From Dehalococcoidia bacterium (GTDB lineage Bacteria; Chloroflexota; Dehalococcoidia; Bin125): a stretch of DNA of 27,844 nt. Location: contig CAUVXV020000006.1 of NCBI GenBank assembly GCA_963555985.3, positions 1 to 27,844 on the forward strand. The letters are read 5' to 3'. A model generated the notes under the pieces. The model did not search any database. It was not told the origin of the DNA and was given only the letters and a program-made list of their open reading frames with translations. Position numbers and translations under genes: made by a program. This document shows, one piece after another, positions 1-9,702 of this stretch (the first letter of the stretch is position 1; each line of letters begins with the position of its first letter).

Positions 1-242
1 TCGAGTTCGTCCACGCCGCGCACGATCCACATGTGCGGGCCGCAGCTCACGTCGATTCGATCCAGCGACGGCCAGAGCAGCACGCGCAGATTGCCCGATT
101 CGCCGCGATGGTGGATCGCCCAGACGCCCTCGGTGTCGTCCGGCGGGGCGTAGGCCTGGCGCTCGGCGGGGACGCCGAAGAGTTCGGCGACGGCGCTGAC
201 GCTCTCCAGGGTGACGCCGCTGAATCGGGTCTGCTGCGTCAT
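1..242 (-). CDS. Hypothetical protein, 5' part (runs off window edge)
   Basis: Not in the ORF track. ATG at 242 overlaps the rarA TGA (ATGA coupling). Open frame MTQQTRFSGVTLESVSAVAELFGVPAERQAY...HMWIVRGVDEL to the edge, with host-like codon usage. Confidence 0.75.
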   Translation of the reverse strand, partial: MTQQTRFSGVTLESVSAVAELFGVPAERQAYAPPDDTEGVWAIHHRGESGNLRVLLWPSLDRIDVSCGPHMWIVRGVDEL

Positions 243-1540
243 CGGTCGCGCTCATTCGGTTGGTAGAACTTGGTGCCCGCAAGCTGGTCGGGGAGGTGGA
301 CTTGATCTTGAGCGACGCCGCCCTCGAAGTCGTGCGCGTACTGGTAGCCGCGTCCGTAGCCCATGCTGGTCATCAGTCCGGTGACGGCGTTGCGCAGATG
401 CAGGGGAACGGGCAGGTCGCCGTGCTCGCGGACGGCTCCGGCGGCGGCGGCGTAGGCGGTCATGGCGGAGTTGGACTTGGGCGCGCGAGCCAGGTAGAGA
501 GCGGCTTCGGACAAGACGAGGGTGGCTTCGGGCAAGCCGATGAAGTGCGCGGCCTGCTGGGCGGCGACGGCGACGTGCAAGGCGTTGGCGTCCGCGAGTC
601 CGACATCTTCCGCCGCCAGGATCACCATGCGGCGGGCGACGAACATCGGGTCTTCGCCCGCTTCGAGCATCCGCGCGAGCCAATAGACCGCCGCATCGGG
701 ATCGGAGCCGCGCACCGACTTGATGAAGGCCGAGATCGTGTCGTAGTGCTGTTCGCCGCCCTTGTCGTAGCGGAGCGGACGTTCGGCGACGCTGGCCACG
801 AGCGCTGGTTCGACCGATCCGCCGCGTCCCGCCTGGCGGACTGCGGCTTCGAGGGCGTTGAGGGAGACGCGGGCGTCGCCGCCGCCGAGTTCGGCCAAGA
901 GCTTGAGCGCGTCTTCGCTGACTTGGGTCTCCGTCGCGCCCAAACCGCGCTCGCGGTCGTGGAGGGCGCGCAGGAGCAGGGCGCGCACGTCGCCGGTGGC
1001 GAGCGGCTCCAGCTTGAATACTCGCGCGCGGCTGAGCAGGGGGGAGATCACCTCGAAGGAGGGATTTTCGGTGGTCGCGCCGATCAGGGTGACGACCCCG
1101 TCTTCGACCGCGTGCAGGATGGCGTCCTGCTGGGCTTTGTTGAAGCGGTGGATTTCGTCGATGAAGAGGACGGAGCGGGCGAGGCCGGCGCGCCTGCCCT
1201 GCTCGGCGGCGTCGATCACTTTGCGCAGGTCGCCGACGCCGCTGCTGACGGCGGAGAGAGTGGCGAAGCGGGAGTGGGTGTGCTGGGCGATCACGCGGGC
1301 GAGCGTAGTCTTGCCGCAGCCCGGCGGCCCCCAGAGGATGAAGGAGGGAAGGAAGTCGGTCTCGAGCGCGCGGCGGATGGGGCCGTCGGCTCCGAGCAGG
1401 TGCTGCTGGCCGACGATTTCGTCGAGCGTGCGGGGCCGCATCCGGGCAGCGAGCGGGGCGTTGTGATCGAGGCCGGCGTCCTGATCGAACATGCGGGGCA
1501 TGCCCTGGTCGGGGTTGGAGCGCCGGCGGGTGCTGGTCAT
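239..1540 (-). CDS. rarA: Replication-associated recombination protein A (RarA/MgsA AAA+ ATPase)
   Basis: PLAARMRP, Walker A GPPGCGKTT, FIDEIHRFNKAQQD, GATTENPSF, HYDTISAFIKSVRGSDPDAA, VPLHLRNA motifs. Confidence 0.96.
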   Translation of the reverse strand: MTSTRRRSNPDQGMPRMFDQDAGLDHNAPLAARMRPRTLDEIVGQQHLLGADGPIRRALETDFLPSFILWGPPGCGKTTLARVIAQHTHSRFATLSAVSSGVGDLRKVIDAAEQGRRAGLARSVLFIDEIHRFNKAQQDAILHAVEDGVVTLIGATTENPSFEVISPLLSRARVFKLEPLATGDVRALLLRALHDRERGLGATETQVSEDALKLLAELGGGDARVSLNALEAAVRQAGRGGSVEPALVASVAERPLRYDKGGEQHYDTISAFIKSVRGSDPDAAVYWLARMLEAGEDPMFVARRMVILAAEDVGLADANALHVAVAAQQAAHFIGLPEATLVLSEAALYLARAPKSNSAMTAYAAAAGAVREHGDLPVPLHLRNAVTGLMTSMGYGRGYQYAHDFEGGVAQDQVHLPDQLAGTKFYQPNERDR

Positions 1541-1546
1541 GGGTTC

Positions 1547-1552
1547 ACTGTA
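1547..1552 (-). promoter_or_regulatory. Putative -10 element (TACAGT) of a leaderless rarA transcript
   Basis: TAnnnT 6 nt upstream of the ATG and no Shine-Dalgarno; same geometry recurs at other genes in the window. Confidence 0.5.
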
Positions 1553-1618
1553 GGCGGATTGGTTCGCAGCCCTACATCATTTGACGGCAGCATATACGTA
1601 CGTATTGTGGGATTAGGA

Positions 1619-2248
1619 TCAGATCAGGCGGCGGCCGGCGCCGCGGCGGGTTTGCTGCCAGTCTTGGAAGAGCATTTCGGCCCGTCCTTGGGCTTTTTTC
1701 CAGGCCCGCTCGCCGCCGAGTTCGGCGAGCTGATCGGGGTGGGCTGTGCTCCAGGCCGCTGCGATCTCGTCTGGGCGGAGTTCGCCCACCATTGCGCCTC
1801 TGAGGAGGGCGAGCCGCAGAATTTCCGAGGCTTGGTCGAGCGGGACGAGCGGCGCTCCGCTGGAGCCTGGGGGTTGGAACAGCATCACGGCGGCGTCGAC
1901 GAAGCCGACGAGGGAATCGGGATCGACCGCTCCGATTGCGTTGAGGACCTGTTCGGCGGCTCGTTTCTCCTGGACATAAGGAGTGACTGCGGCGCGATCG
2001 ACGTAGATCTGTCCGAGCAGGGTCATGGCAAAGCGCTCGCGGCGTTGGGAGAGCAAGGCCATCGTCCAGAAGGCGGGATGGGCGAGGTTGCTGATGTCCC
2101 AGCCGCTTGCGCCGACTGCGCCTGAGCGCCCCCGCTTTTGAGGCAGTTGCGAGCTGAAGTCCTGGGCGGCGATGGCGAGGATCGAGCGGCGCACCCGCCC
2201 GCTCTGGGGGCGGCGGTCGATTGCTTCTGCGATTCGGCGCAAGACCAT
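1619..2248 (-). CDS. Hypothetical protein (209 aa)
   Basis: Fills the gap between mutS2 and rarA on the same strand, 24 bp after the mutS2 stop; natural amino-acid composition; no recognised motif. Confidence 0.65.
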   Translation of the reverse strand: MVLRRIAEAIDRRPQSGRVRRSILAIAAQDFSSQLPQKRGRSGAVGASGWDISNLAHPAFWTMALLSQRRERFAMTLLGQIYVDRAAVTPYVQEKRAAEQVLNAIGAVDPDSLVGFVDAAVMLFQPPGSSGAPLVPLDQASEILRLALLRGAMVGELRPDEIAAAWSTAHPDQLAELGGERAWKKAQGRAEMLFQDWQQTRRGAGRRLI

Positions 2249-2272
2249 CTCGACGCACCAAATTCAGCGCAT

Positions 2273-4684
2273 TCAGCGCACCAGTTGCACGACGGTAACG
2301 CCTTCGCCGCCCGCTTTCGGCTCGGCGCTCTGGTAGGAGGCGACCTGGGGGTGCCCCTGCAAGAGTTCGCGGATCGCCTTGCGGAGCGCGCCGGTGCCTT
2401 TGCCGTGGACGACTTCGAGGCGGGACTGACCGGCGCGGTAGGCGAGATCGAGGAAGGAGTCGACCATCATGGAGGCTTCGTCGGTGGTATGTCCGCGCAC
2501 GTCGATCTTGGAGCCGGGGTCGATCGGGGGTTTGGGCATTTGCACGCGCTCGCTGCGGGCGCGGGAGGCGGTTCGCGGGTTGGCTTGCTCGCGGGGTGCG
2601 AGCCGTTCGACTTGCTCGGTGCGTACGCGAGTACGCAAGGAGCCGAGCCGCACCTCGAGCGAGCCGTCGTCGATCTTCGAGAGGACTTCGCCCGGCTCGG
2701 CGATTCCGCGTAGGTAGATGAAATCGCCTGCCGCCAGGCGTTCGGGATTGAACGCCTGGGCGCTTGCGTCGGATGTGCGCCGGCGTCGGCGGCGCGAACG
2801 CTCGCGGCGCACTCGTTGCAGGCGATCTCTGGCTTCGTCGGCGCGATGCTCGGCGATCGCTTCCGCCTGTTCGCGGGAGCGCTGGCGGGAGAGTTCTTTG
2901 AGGGCGTCGCGGGAGGCTCGCCGCAAGGCGGCGAGTTCGTCCTCCATGATCCGTTCGGTGCGGGCGAGCATGGCTTCGCGCTCGGTTTCGATGGCGTCGC
3001 GCCGCTCGCTGAGGTTCTTGCGGATCTCTTCGGCTTCGGCGCGCGCGACTTCTTCTGCGCGGCGGGCGTCTGCGAGCGCGTCGCGCTCGTGCTGCAACTC
3101 GCCGAGCAACTGCTCGATCGAGGCTGCGTCGGCGGAGGCGTCGGTGCGGGCGCGGGAGAGGACCTCCGGCGGCATCCCCAGGCGTTCGGCGATGGCGAGC
3201 GCGTTGGAGCGGCCGGGCATTCCCATCAGGAGGCGGTAGGTGGGTTGGAGGGATTCGGAGTCGAACTCTGCGCTGGCGTTGACGATGCCCGGGGTGGAAT
3301 GGGCGAAGATCTTGAGTTCGCCGTGGTGGGTAGTGGCGACGACGGCGGCGTCCTGTTCGAGCAGCTGCTCGAGCAAGGCTCGCGCGAGCGCGGAGCCTTC
3401 GGCGGGATCGGTGCCGGCGCCGAGTTCGTCGAGCAGCACGAGCGTGCGCGGGCCGGCCTCGCTGAGGATGCGGATGATGTTGGTCATGTGGGCGGAGAAG
3501 GTCGAGAGCGACTGCTCGATGCTCTGTTCGTCGCCGATGTCGGCGAAGATGTCGGCGAAGATGGGCAGCTGGGTGCCGCGTTCGGCGGGTACGGGCAGTC
3601 CGGCCTGGGCCATCAGGCAGAGCAGGCCGACGGTCTTGAGCGCGACGGTCTTGCCGCCGGTGTTGGGGCCGGTGATCAGGACGCAGCGAGCGTCCGGCGT
3701 AAGGGCGAGCGAGATCGGAACGACTTCGCCGCTGAGCAAGGGGTGGCGAGCGGAGTGCAAGATCAGTTCAGCGGCGTCGGCTGCCACCCAGTTGAGGGCG
3801 TCGTTCTCCGAGGGCAGGGAGGCGTCGAGCGCTCCGCCGAACAGCGCTTTGGCGCGGGCGAGATCGATTTCGGCGAGACAGCGCACAGCGGCGCGGATCG
3901 CGCCTGCCTCCGCGCCGATCGCCTTGCAGAGTTCGCGCAGGATGCGCTCGATCTCGCGCTGTTCTTCGCGCTGCGCCTCGCGCAGGCGATTGCCCAGTTC
4001 GACGACGGCGAGCGGTTCGACGAAGAGGGTTGCGCCGCTGGCGGAGACGTCGTGGACGACGCTGGGCAGCGCGCCCCGCGCTTCGGCCTTGACCGGGATC
4101 ACGTAGCGGCCGTCGCGCTCGGTGACCAGCGCTTCCTGGGCCACGCCCTCGCCGACGGCGCGGCGGAGGATGCGTTCGAGTTGCTGTTCGAGGCGGCTCT
4201 GCATCGTGCGGACTTCGGCGCGCGCTTCCGCGAGTCTGGGGCTGGCCCGGTCGGGGACTTCTCCGCGCTCGTCAATGGTGTCTTCGATTTCGCGGATTAA
4301 GGGGGAGAAGTCGGCGATGCGCTGGGCGACCCGTCCGAGTTGGGGCAACTCGCGGGTGAGCGGGGCCAAGTGGTTGCGGGTATGTCTGGCGGAGCGGAGG
4401 AGGACCTTGATTTCGAGGATGTCGATCGCGGGGAGGACGCTGCCGCGACTGGCGGCGAGGAGCGATCCGGCGACCTCAGGGGCTTGGCCGATGTAGAAGT
4501 TGGGCTTGACCCTGGCCAAGGTTCGGGCTTCGGCTGTGGCGGAGAGTCGGCGGCGGACTTCGTCGGAGTCGGCGCTGGGAGTTAAGGCGAGCGCGAGTTC
4601 GCGTCCTGCGGGGGTGGCGCAGTGCTCGGCGAGGCGAGCGATCACCTTGGGGAACTCCAGCGCTGTTGCGCTCTTGGCGTCCAC
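2273..4684 (-). CDS. mutS2: Endonuclease MutS2 with C-terminal Smr domain
   Basis: LEFPKV N-terminus, ITGPNTGGKT Walker A, DIGDEQSIEQSLSTFSAH, LLDELGAGTDP, coiled coil, Smr (IDVRG...VVHGKGTGALR...GGEGVT). Start reassigned to GTG 4684 (TTG 4690 also possible). Confidence 0.96.
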   Translation of the reverse strand: MDAKSATALEFPKVIARLAEHCATPAGRELALALTPSADSDEVRRRLSATAEARTLARVKPNFYIGQAPEVAGSLLAASRGSVLPAIDILEIKVLLRSARHTRNHLAPLTRELPQLGRVAQRIADFSPLIREIEDTIDERGEVPDRASPRLAEARAEVRTMQSRLEQQLERILRRAVGEGVAQEALVTERDGRYVIPVKAEARGALPSVVHDVSASGATLFVEPLAVVELGNRLREAQREEQREIERILRELCKAIGAEAGAIRAAVRCLAEIDLARAKALFGGALDASLPSENDALNWVAADAAELILHSARHPLLSGEVVPISLALTPDARCVLITGPNTGGKTVALKTVGLLCLMAQAGLPVPAERGTQLPIFADIFADIGDEQSIEQSLSTFSAHMTNIIRILSEAGPRTLVLLDELGAGTDPAEGSALARALLEQLLEQDAAVVATTHHGELKIFAHSTPGIVNASAEFDSESLQPTYRLLMGMPGRSNALAIAERLGMPPEVLSRARTDASADAASIEQLLGELQHERDALADARRAEEVARAEAEEIRKNLSERRDAIETEREAMLARTERIMEDELAALRRASRDALKELSRQRSREQAEAIAEHRADEARDRLQRVRRERSRRRRRRTSDASAQAFNPERLAAGDFIYLRGIAEPGEVLSKIDDGSLEVRLGSLRTRVRTEQVERLAPREQANPRTASRARSERVQMPKPPIDPGSKIDVRGHTTDEASMMVDSFLDLAYRAGQSRLEVVHGKGTGALRKAIRELLQGHPQVASYQSAEPKAGGEGVTVVQLVR

Positions 4685-4686
4685 GC

Positions 4687-5475
4687 TCAATCCATCTCTA
4701 CAGCGACACAGAGGTACCCCACGCCCCAAGGCGCTTCAGTGGACAGAATACGCGGGCGGCAGGTCAGCGCGTGCAATGCGCCCATCAGAATGAGCGTGGG
4801 CGAAACGATCGATTCGTCTACGGCTTCCCGCACTGCGGGATCCAGGCTGATCAGATCGGCGGGATCCCAGTTCTCGATGGCTCGCTCGATCCGCGCTTGC
4901 GTTTCCGGCGCGAGCGGATGGGAGCCATAGGGAGACGCTTCGGAGAGGGTATGGACGGCGTCGCCCGAGGCGAGGATGGCCAGATTTCCGTCTAGGGAGG
5001 CTATCGCTGCGCCGATTGCTTGGCCAAGCTCGTAGTGCGCGGAACCGTCGAGGAAGCTCATGCTGACGACCGCGATTTGGGGCGGCAGGGCGTCTGCGAG
5101 CAAGGTGAGCGGTACGGCGCTGGCGTGATCGCTTGTCTCCCACGCGGCTACTGGTATGAGCGGTATTCCCGCCTCTCGGGATGCTTCAGCGATGGCTGTG
5201 GTGAGTTGGTTGTCGGGGTTGATGGAGAATTCCAGGCCGGGCGCGCCGAAGGTTCCCAAATGGCCACGCATTGGCGCGGTCAGCAGGTGGAAGCGGCGCA
5301 AGGTTATGATTCCGTGCGACGAGATCAGGATGCAGCGGTCGACGTTGAGTTGCCTGAGTCGCTGTGCGATTTGGGCGTAGGCGTTGAGCGTGGCAGAGGC
5401 TGCCGCTTCGCGTCCTTGTCCGATTTCGGGCAGCAGGATTGGGGGGTGGGGGAGGATCGCGGCGAAGACGATCAT
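4687..5475 (-). CDS. Class III extradiol dioxygenase subunit B (LigB)/Memo-like protein, resembling the N-terminal domain of AmmeMemoRadiSam proteins
   Basis: MIVFAAILPHPPILLPEIG, ISSHG, DHASAVPL, ASGDAVH, EAPWGVGY. ATG 5475 overlaps the selA TGA (ATGA). Confidence 0.8.
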   Translation of the reverse strand: MIVFAAILPHPPILLPEIGQGREAAASATLNAYAQIAQRLRQLNVDRCILISSHGIITLRRFHLLTAPMRGHLGTFGAPGLEFSINPDNQLTTAIAEASREAGIPLIPVAAWETSDHASAVPLTLLADALPPQIAVVSMSFLDGSAHYELGQAIGAAIASLDGNLAILASGDAVHTLSEASPYGSHPLAPETQARIERAIENWDPADLISLDPAVREAVDESIVSPTLILMGALHALTCRPRILSTEAPWGVGYLCVAVEMD

Positions 5476-6863
5476 GCGACCTCTCCGAGCGCTGCTCGGA
5501 GGGCGGCGATTACGAGTTGGTCTTGGCCGGGGAGGACGGTTCTGGGATCGAGGAGGATTTGGTCGTCGGTTACGCGGGCGATTACGGGGGGATTCGAGCG
5601 GCGCAGGGCTTCGGCGAATTTGGAGGGGTGTTCGCGGCGAATGCTCCAGACCCAGGTTGGCCTGGTTTCGCCGGGGAGTGAGCCGCCGCCGATGGCGGAT
5701 TCCGATTGGGAGACTTGGCCCGCACCGAGGGTTGCCTGCCATGATTCCGCGCGTTTGCGGAGAGTTGCCGGCTCGGCGGCGATCATTTGCCAGATCGGGA
5801 TTTGGGTTTCGGCTTCGCCGGCCAGGTAGTGCTCCAGCGTTGCGGCGAGTCCGGCGATCGTGGTCTTGTCCGGTCTCAAGGCTCGCATGAGGGGATGCCG
5901 GCGGAGCGGGGCGATTGCCGATTCGCGGCCGACGATGATTCCTGCCTGGGGGCCGCCGAGCAGCTTGTCGCCCGAGAACAGCACCAGGTCCGCGCCGGCC
6001 GCGACGGAGTCTTGGGGGCGCGGTTCGTAGGCGAGTCCGTAGTTTCGGGTGTCGAGCAGGCAGCCGCTGCCTACGTCGTCGATGAGCAGCGGGGGCGATG
6101 CGGTTTGGGTCTCGTGATCGTCTGCTACGGCGCGCAGTTCGGCGACGGTGGTCTCTTCGACAAAGCCGATGATGCGGAAGTTGGAGGAGTGGACGCGGAG
6201 GAGGGCAGCGGTCTCGTCGCTCAGGGCGTCGCGGTAGTCCTGGGCTCGAGTGCGGTTGGTCGTGCCGACTTCGACCAGGCGCGCCCCGCTCTGACGGATG
6301 ACGTCGGGGATGCGGAAGCCGCCGCCGATCTCGACCGCCTGACCGCGGCTCACGATCAGATCGCGGCCGGCCGCGAACACCGACATCACGAAGTAGAGGG
6401 CGGCGGCGTTGTTGTTGACGGCGATGCCGGCTTCTGCGCCGGTCGCGGCCGTGAGCAGTGAATCGAGATGAGTCGCACGCGAGCCGCGCGTGCCTGTGGA
6501 GAGTTCGAATTCGAGATTGGAGTAAGCGGCCGCGGCCTGGGTCATCGCTTGGGTCGCGGCTTGCGAGAGCGGAGCGCGCCCGAGATTGGTGTGGATGACG
6601 ACGCCGGTCGCATTCACGACTGAGCGGAGCGAGCGGCCGTAGCGGCGCTCCAGGGTTGCGGCCGTTTGTCTCGCAAGGGTCTCGGCGGTCGGGACGGGAT
6701 TCCGTCCTGCCTGAATTTCGGCGCGGGCCTGCGCGAGTGCGTCACGCACGGCCGCTACGCAGAGGTCGTGGGGGAGCCGGGCGCGGAGCTCCGAGAGTGC
6801 GGGATCGGAGAGCAGCCGATCGACGCTGGGCAACTGACGCAACGCGGCTGACAAATCCGACAT
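5472..6863 (-). CDS. selA: L-seryl-tRNA(Sec) selenium transferase
   Basis: LRQLPSVD, NATGVVIHTNLGRAPL, VNNNAAA, VEIGGGFRIPDV, EVGTTNRT, FSGDKLLGGPQAG (PLP Lys), IGGGSLP. GGAG SD precedes ATG 6863. Confidence 0.96.
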   Translation of the reverse strand: MSDLSAALRQLPSVDRLLSDPALSELRARLPHDLCVAAVRDALAQARAEIQAGRNPVPTAETLARQTAATLERRYGRSLRSVVNATGVVIHTNLGRAPLSQAATQAMTQAAAAYSNLEFELSTGTRGSRATHLDSLLTAATGAEAGIAVNNNAAALYFVMSVFAAGRDLIVSRGQAVEIGGGFRIPDVIRQSGARLVEVGTTNRTRAQDYRDALSDETAALLRVHSSNFRIIGFVEETTVAELRAVADDHETQTASPPLLIDDVGSGCLLDTRNYGLAYEPRPQDSVAAGADLVLFSGDKLLGGPQAGIIVGRESAIAPLRRHPLMRALRPDKTTIAGLAATLEHYLAGEAETQIPIWQMIAAEPATLRKRAESWQATLGAGQVSQSESAIGGGSLPGETRPTWVWSIRREHPSKFAEALRRSNPPVIARVTDDQILLDPRTVLPGQDQLVIAALRAALGEVA

Positions 6864-6940
6864 TGTCGCCACTCCAAGCGCTGACTAGGCTCAGTGCAGT
6901 ACGCGCAGATCACATCGTAGAGAAGGCCTGTCGCCGCACC

Positions 6941-8068
6941 ATGCCTACCAACCTTCGCATTCCCGGTCCCACGCCGTGCCCGCCCGATGTGCTCGCGGCG
7001 GCGGCGGGGGAGATGATCAACCATCGCGGCCCCGAGTTCGCCGGGCTGCTTGAGCGGCTGACTTGCGGGATTCAGCCGTTTTTCGGGACTGAGCAGGAGA
7101 TTCTGATTCTCTCCAGCAGCGGTACCGGAGCGATGGAAGCGGCGATCGTGAACACGCTCTCGCCTGGGGACAAGGCGCTCTGCGTGACGGTCGGCTCGTT
7201 CGGGGATCGTTTCGCCAGCATTGCCGAGCAGTACGGGGCTGATGTGGAGCGGTCGCAGATCGAGTGGGGGGATGCGGCGACGCCAGAATTGGTCGCGGAA
7301 CTGATCGCTGAGGACGACTACGACGCGCTGCTGATTACACATAACGAGACGTCGACCGGGGTCACGAATCCGATTGCGGCGATCGCGGCGGCGGTGCGGG
7401 AGGTCGCGGATCCGCTGATCATCGTTGACGCGGTTTCGTCGCTCGGCTCGATCGAGATGCAGATGGACGAGTGGGGACTGGATGCGGTGGTGACGGCTTC
7501 GCAGAAGGGCTGGCTCTCGCCGCCCGGGATTGCGATGGCGGCGCTCTCGGAGCGCGGCTGGGCGGCGGCGGAAGCGTCGACGATGCCCAAGTTTTACTTC
7601 GATCTCACGACTCACCACGAGTACGCGACGCGGGGTCAACCGCCGTGGACGCCAGCGCTGCCAACGCTCTACGCGATGGATGCGGCGCTGCCGCTACTCG
7701 CTGCGGAGGGGACTGAGGCGATCTACGCGCGTCATCACCGCTTTGCGAGTTGGACCCGCGCTGCGGTGAAGGCGATGGGGCTGGAATTGCTGGCGGACGA
7801 GCGGTACGCCTCCGACACCGTGACTGCTGTGCGGGTGCCCGAGGGCGTAGTTCAGTCGGCGCTGTCGAAACGGCTGCGGGAGCAGTACGACGTGGTGATC
7901 GCGGGCGGTCAGGGCAAGCTGGCGAGCGACATTTTCCGGATCGGTCATCTGGGCTGGCTTGACGAGGGCGAGATGGCGGCGTGCTTTGCCGCGCTCCAAT
8001 CTGTCCTGGTGGAAGAGGGTTTCGCGCCTGCTGCGGGAGCGGTGATTCCGGGGATCGCCGGCAGCTAG
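6941..8068 (+). CDS. Class V PLP aminotransferase (alanine-glyoxylate/serine-pyruvate family; candidate phosphoserine aminotransferase)
   Basis: LRIPGPTP, INHRGPEF, SGTGAMEAA, HNETSTGV, VDAVSSLG, ASQKG, FRIGHLG. Directly upstream of serA; start reassigned to ATG 6941. Confidence 0.9.
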   Translation: MPTNLRIPGPTPCPPDVLAAAAGEMINHRGPEFAGLLERLTCGIQPFFGTEQEILILSSSGTGAMEAAIVNTLSPGDKALCVTVGSFGDRFASIAEQYGADVERSQIEWGDAATPELVAELIAEDDYDALLITHNETSTGVTNPIAAIAAAVREVADPLIIVDAVSSLGSIEMQMDEWGLDAVVTASQKGWLSPPGIAMAALSERGWAAAEASTMPKFYFDLTTHHEYATRGQPPWTPALPTLYAMDAALPLLAAEGTEAIYARHHRFASWTRAAVKAMGLELLADERYASDTVTAVRVPEGVVQSALSKRLREQYDVVIAGGQGKLASDIFRIGHLGWLDEGEMAACFAALQSVLVEEGFAPAAGAVIPGIAGS

Positions 8069-8096
8069 CTCCGAAGAGCGCGGGGGAAGCGGGCCA

Positions 8097-9695
8097 GTGC
8101 GCATCCTCGTCACCGAGCCGCTGTCGCAGGAGGGGGTCGCGCTGCTTTCGGCAGAGGCGGATGTTGATCTGTGCTACGAGTTGGATCCGGTCGCGTTGCG
8201 GGAGGCGATTGGGCCGTATCACGGATTGATCGTGCGGAGCGGGACTCGCGTCGATGCAAGGCTGATTCGGGCTGCGCCGAAGCTGCGGCTGATCGCGCGA
8301 GCTGGGGCGGGGGTGGACAACATTGATCTGGATGCGGCGAGCCAGCAGGGGATCACGGTGATCAACGCGGCCGGGGGGAACACGGTTTCGGCGGCGGAGC
8401 TGACGATCGGTCTGATGCTGTCGCTGGCGCGGCATTTGGCTGACGCGAATGCCGCGCTGCGCGGCGGTCGCTGGGCGCGGGCGGAGTTTGTGGGGGCGGA
8501 GTTGCGGGGCAAGACGGCGGGGATTATCGGGTTGGGACTAGTTGGCTCGGCGGTGGCGCGGCGGCTCCAGGCGATGGAGATGCGAGTGCTGGCGTTTGAT
8601 CCGTTTCTGCCGGAGGAGCGAGCGCGGGCGGTCGGGGTCGAACTGACGCCGCTCGATGATCTGCTGGCCGAGTCGGATGTGGTCACGCTGCATAGCTCCG
8701 CCGCGCCGGATGCGCCGCCGCTGCTTGGGGCTCGGGAATTTGGACGGATGAAGCAGGGGGCGCTGCTGGTCAACACGGCTAGGGGGCGTCTGATCGACGA
8801 AGCCGCTTTGGGCGCTGCGCTGGATCAGGGGCCGCTCGGCGGGGCTGCGCTGGATGTCTTCGCTGAGGAACCTGCGGTCGAGAATCCGTTGGTTCGGCAT
8901 CCGCGGGTGCTGGCGACACCGCATCTGGGCGCGTCTACGCAGGAAGCTCAGGAGCGGGTTGCGGTTGAGATCGCGCGCGAGAGTCTGCGTGTGCTGCGGG
9001 GGGAACCGACGGCGGCGGCTGTGAACGCGCCGTTCATCGATCCCGAATCACTGGAAGTGGTGGGGCCGTATCTCGCAGTTGCGGAGATGTGCGGGCGGCT
9101 GGCGACCCAGCTCGCTTCGGGTCAGTGGGGCGATATTGCGATTGACTATCGGGGCGAGATCGCGAATCACGATGTGACGCCGCTCAAGGCCTCGGTGATT
9201 GCGGGGCTGCTTGCGCCGATCTCCGATGAACATGTGAACCTGGTCAATGTGAACAACGTGATTAGTCATCGCGGCTGGCGAATCACGGAGCGGAAGTCGC
9301 CTGACGCGGAGCCGTACACCTCGGCGATCACGGTGGAACTGCACACCGCCGATGGTGAAACCTCGCTGATGGGCACACTGGAGCACGGGCGCGCGGCGAC
9401 GGTGCAGATCAATGGGTTTCATGTGCATATCGCCGGTCCGCAACGGCGGAGGCTTGAGCATCTGCATTTGCTGGTGCTGCGGAACGAGGACCGTCCCGGT
9501 CGGATTGGGGAGGTGGGGCTGGCGCTGGGTCGGCTGGATGTGAACATTGCGGCGATGGATGTGGGTTTCAACCCGGACGATCCGAGTGGACAGGCGCTGA
9601 TGGCACTGACGATCTCGCGCGCGCTGACGTCTGCCGAGGAGCGGGCGATCGTGGAGATTGACGGGATTGAGGCGTTGGCTCAGGCGCAGATGTAG
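8097..9695 (+). CDS. serA: D-3-phosphoglycerate dehydrogenase (long form with ASB and ACT domains)
   Basis: RAGAGVDNID, GIIGLGLVG, VNTARG, AALDVF, TPHLGASTQEAQ; C-terminal NEDRPGRIG ACT domain. Confidence 0.93.
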   Translation: MRILVTEPLSQEGVALLSAEADVDLCYELDPVALREAIGPYHGLIVRSGTRVDARLIRAAPKLRLIARAGAGVDNIDLDAASQQGITVINAAGGNTVSAAELTIGLMLSLARHLADANAALRGGRWARAEFVGAELRGKTAGIIGLGLVGSAVARRLQAMEMRVLAFDPFLPEERARAVGVELTPLDDLLAESDVVTLHSSAAPDAPPLLGAREFGRMKQGALLVNTARGRLIDEAALGAALDQGPLGGAALDVFAEEPAVENPLVRHPRVLATPHLGASTQEAQERVAVEIARESLRVLRGEPTAAAVNAPFIDPESLEVVGPYLAVAEMCGRLATQLASGQWGDIAIDYRGEIANHDVTPLKASVIAGLLAPISDEHVNLVNVNNVISHRGWRITERKSPDAEPYTSAITVELHTADGETSLMGTLEHGRAATVQINGFHVHIAGPQRRRLEHLHLLVLRNEDRPGRIGEVGLALGRLDVNIAAMDVGFNPDDPSGQALMALTISRALTSAEERAIVEIDGIEALAQAQM

Positions 9696-9702
9696 AGGCG
9701 GC

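Noticed and set aside
260-2125. 621-aa plus-strand ORF and similar long antisense ORFs (2816-4300, 12740-13879, 22891-23781)
   Set aside because: Shadow frames of well-supported genes on the opposite strand, typical of high-GC DNA; no motifs.
2262-2279. ATTCAGCGC tandem duplication at the mutS2 stop
   Set aside because: Two copies of 9 bp; likely local slippage with no evident function.
5472-6940. tRNA-Sec, SECIS elements or UGA-readthrough selenoproteins near selA
   Set aside because: No cloverleaf in the short intergenic gaps, and I saw no gene with a convincing in-frame TGA continuation; a tRNAscan/bSECISearch run would be decisive.
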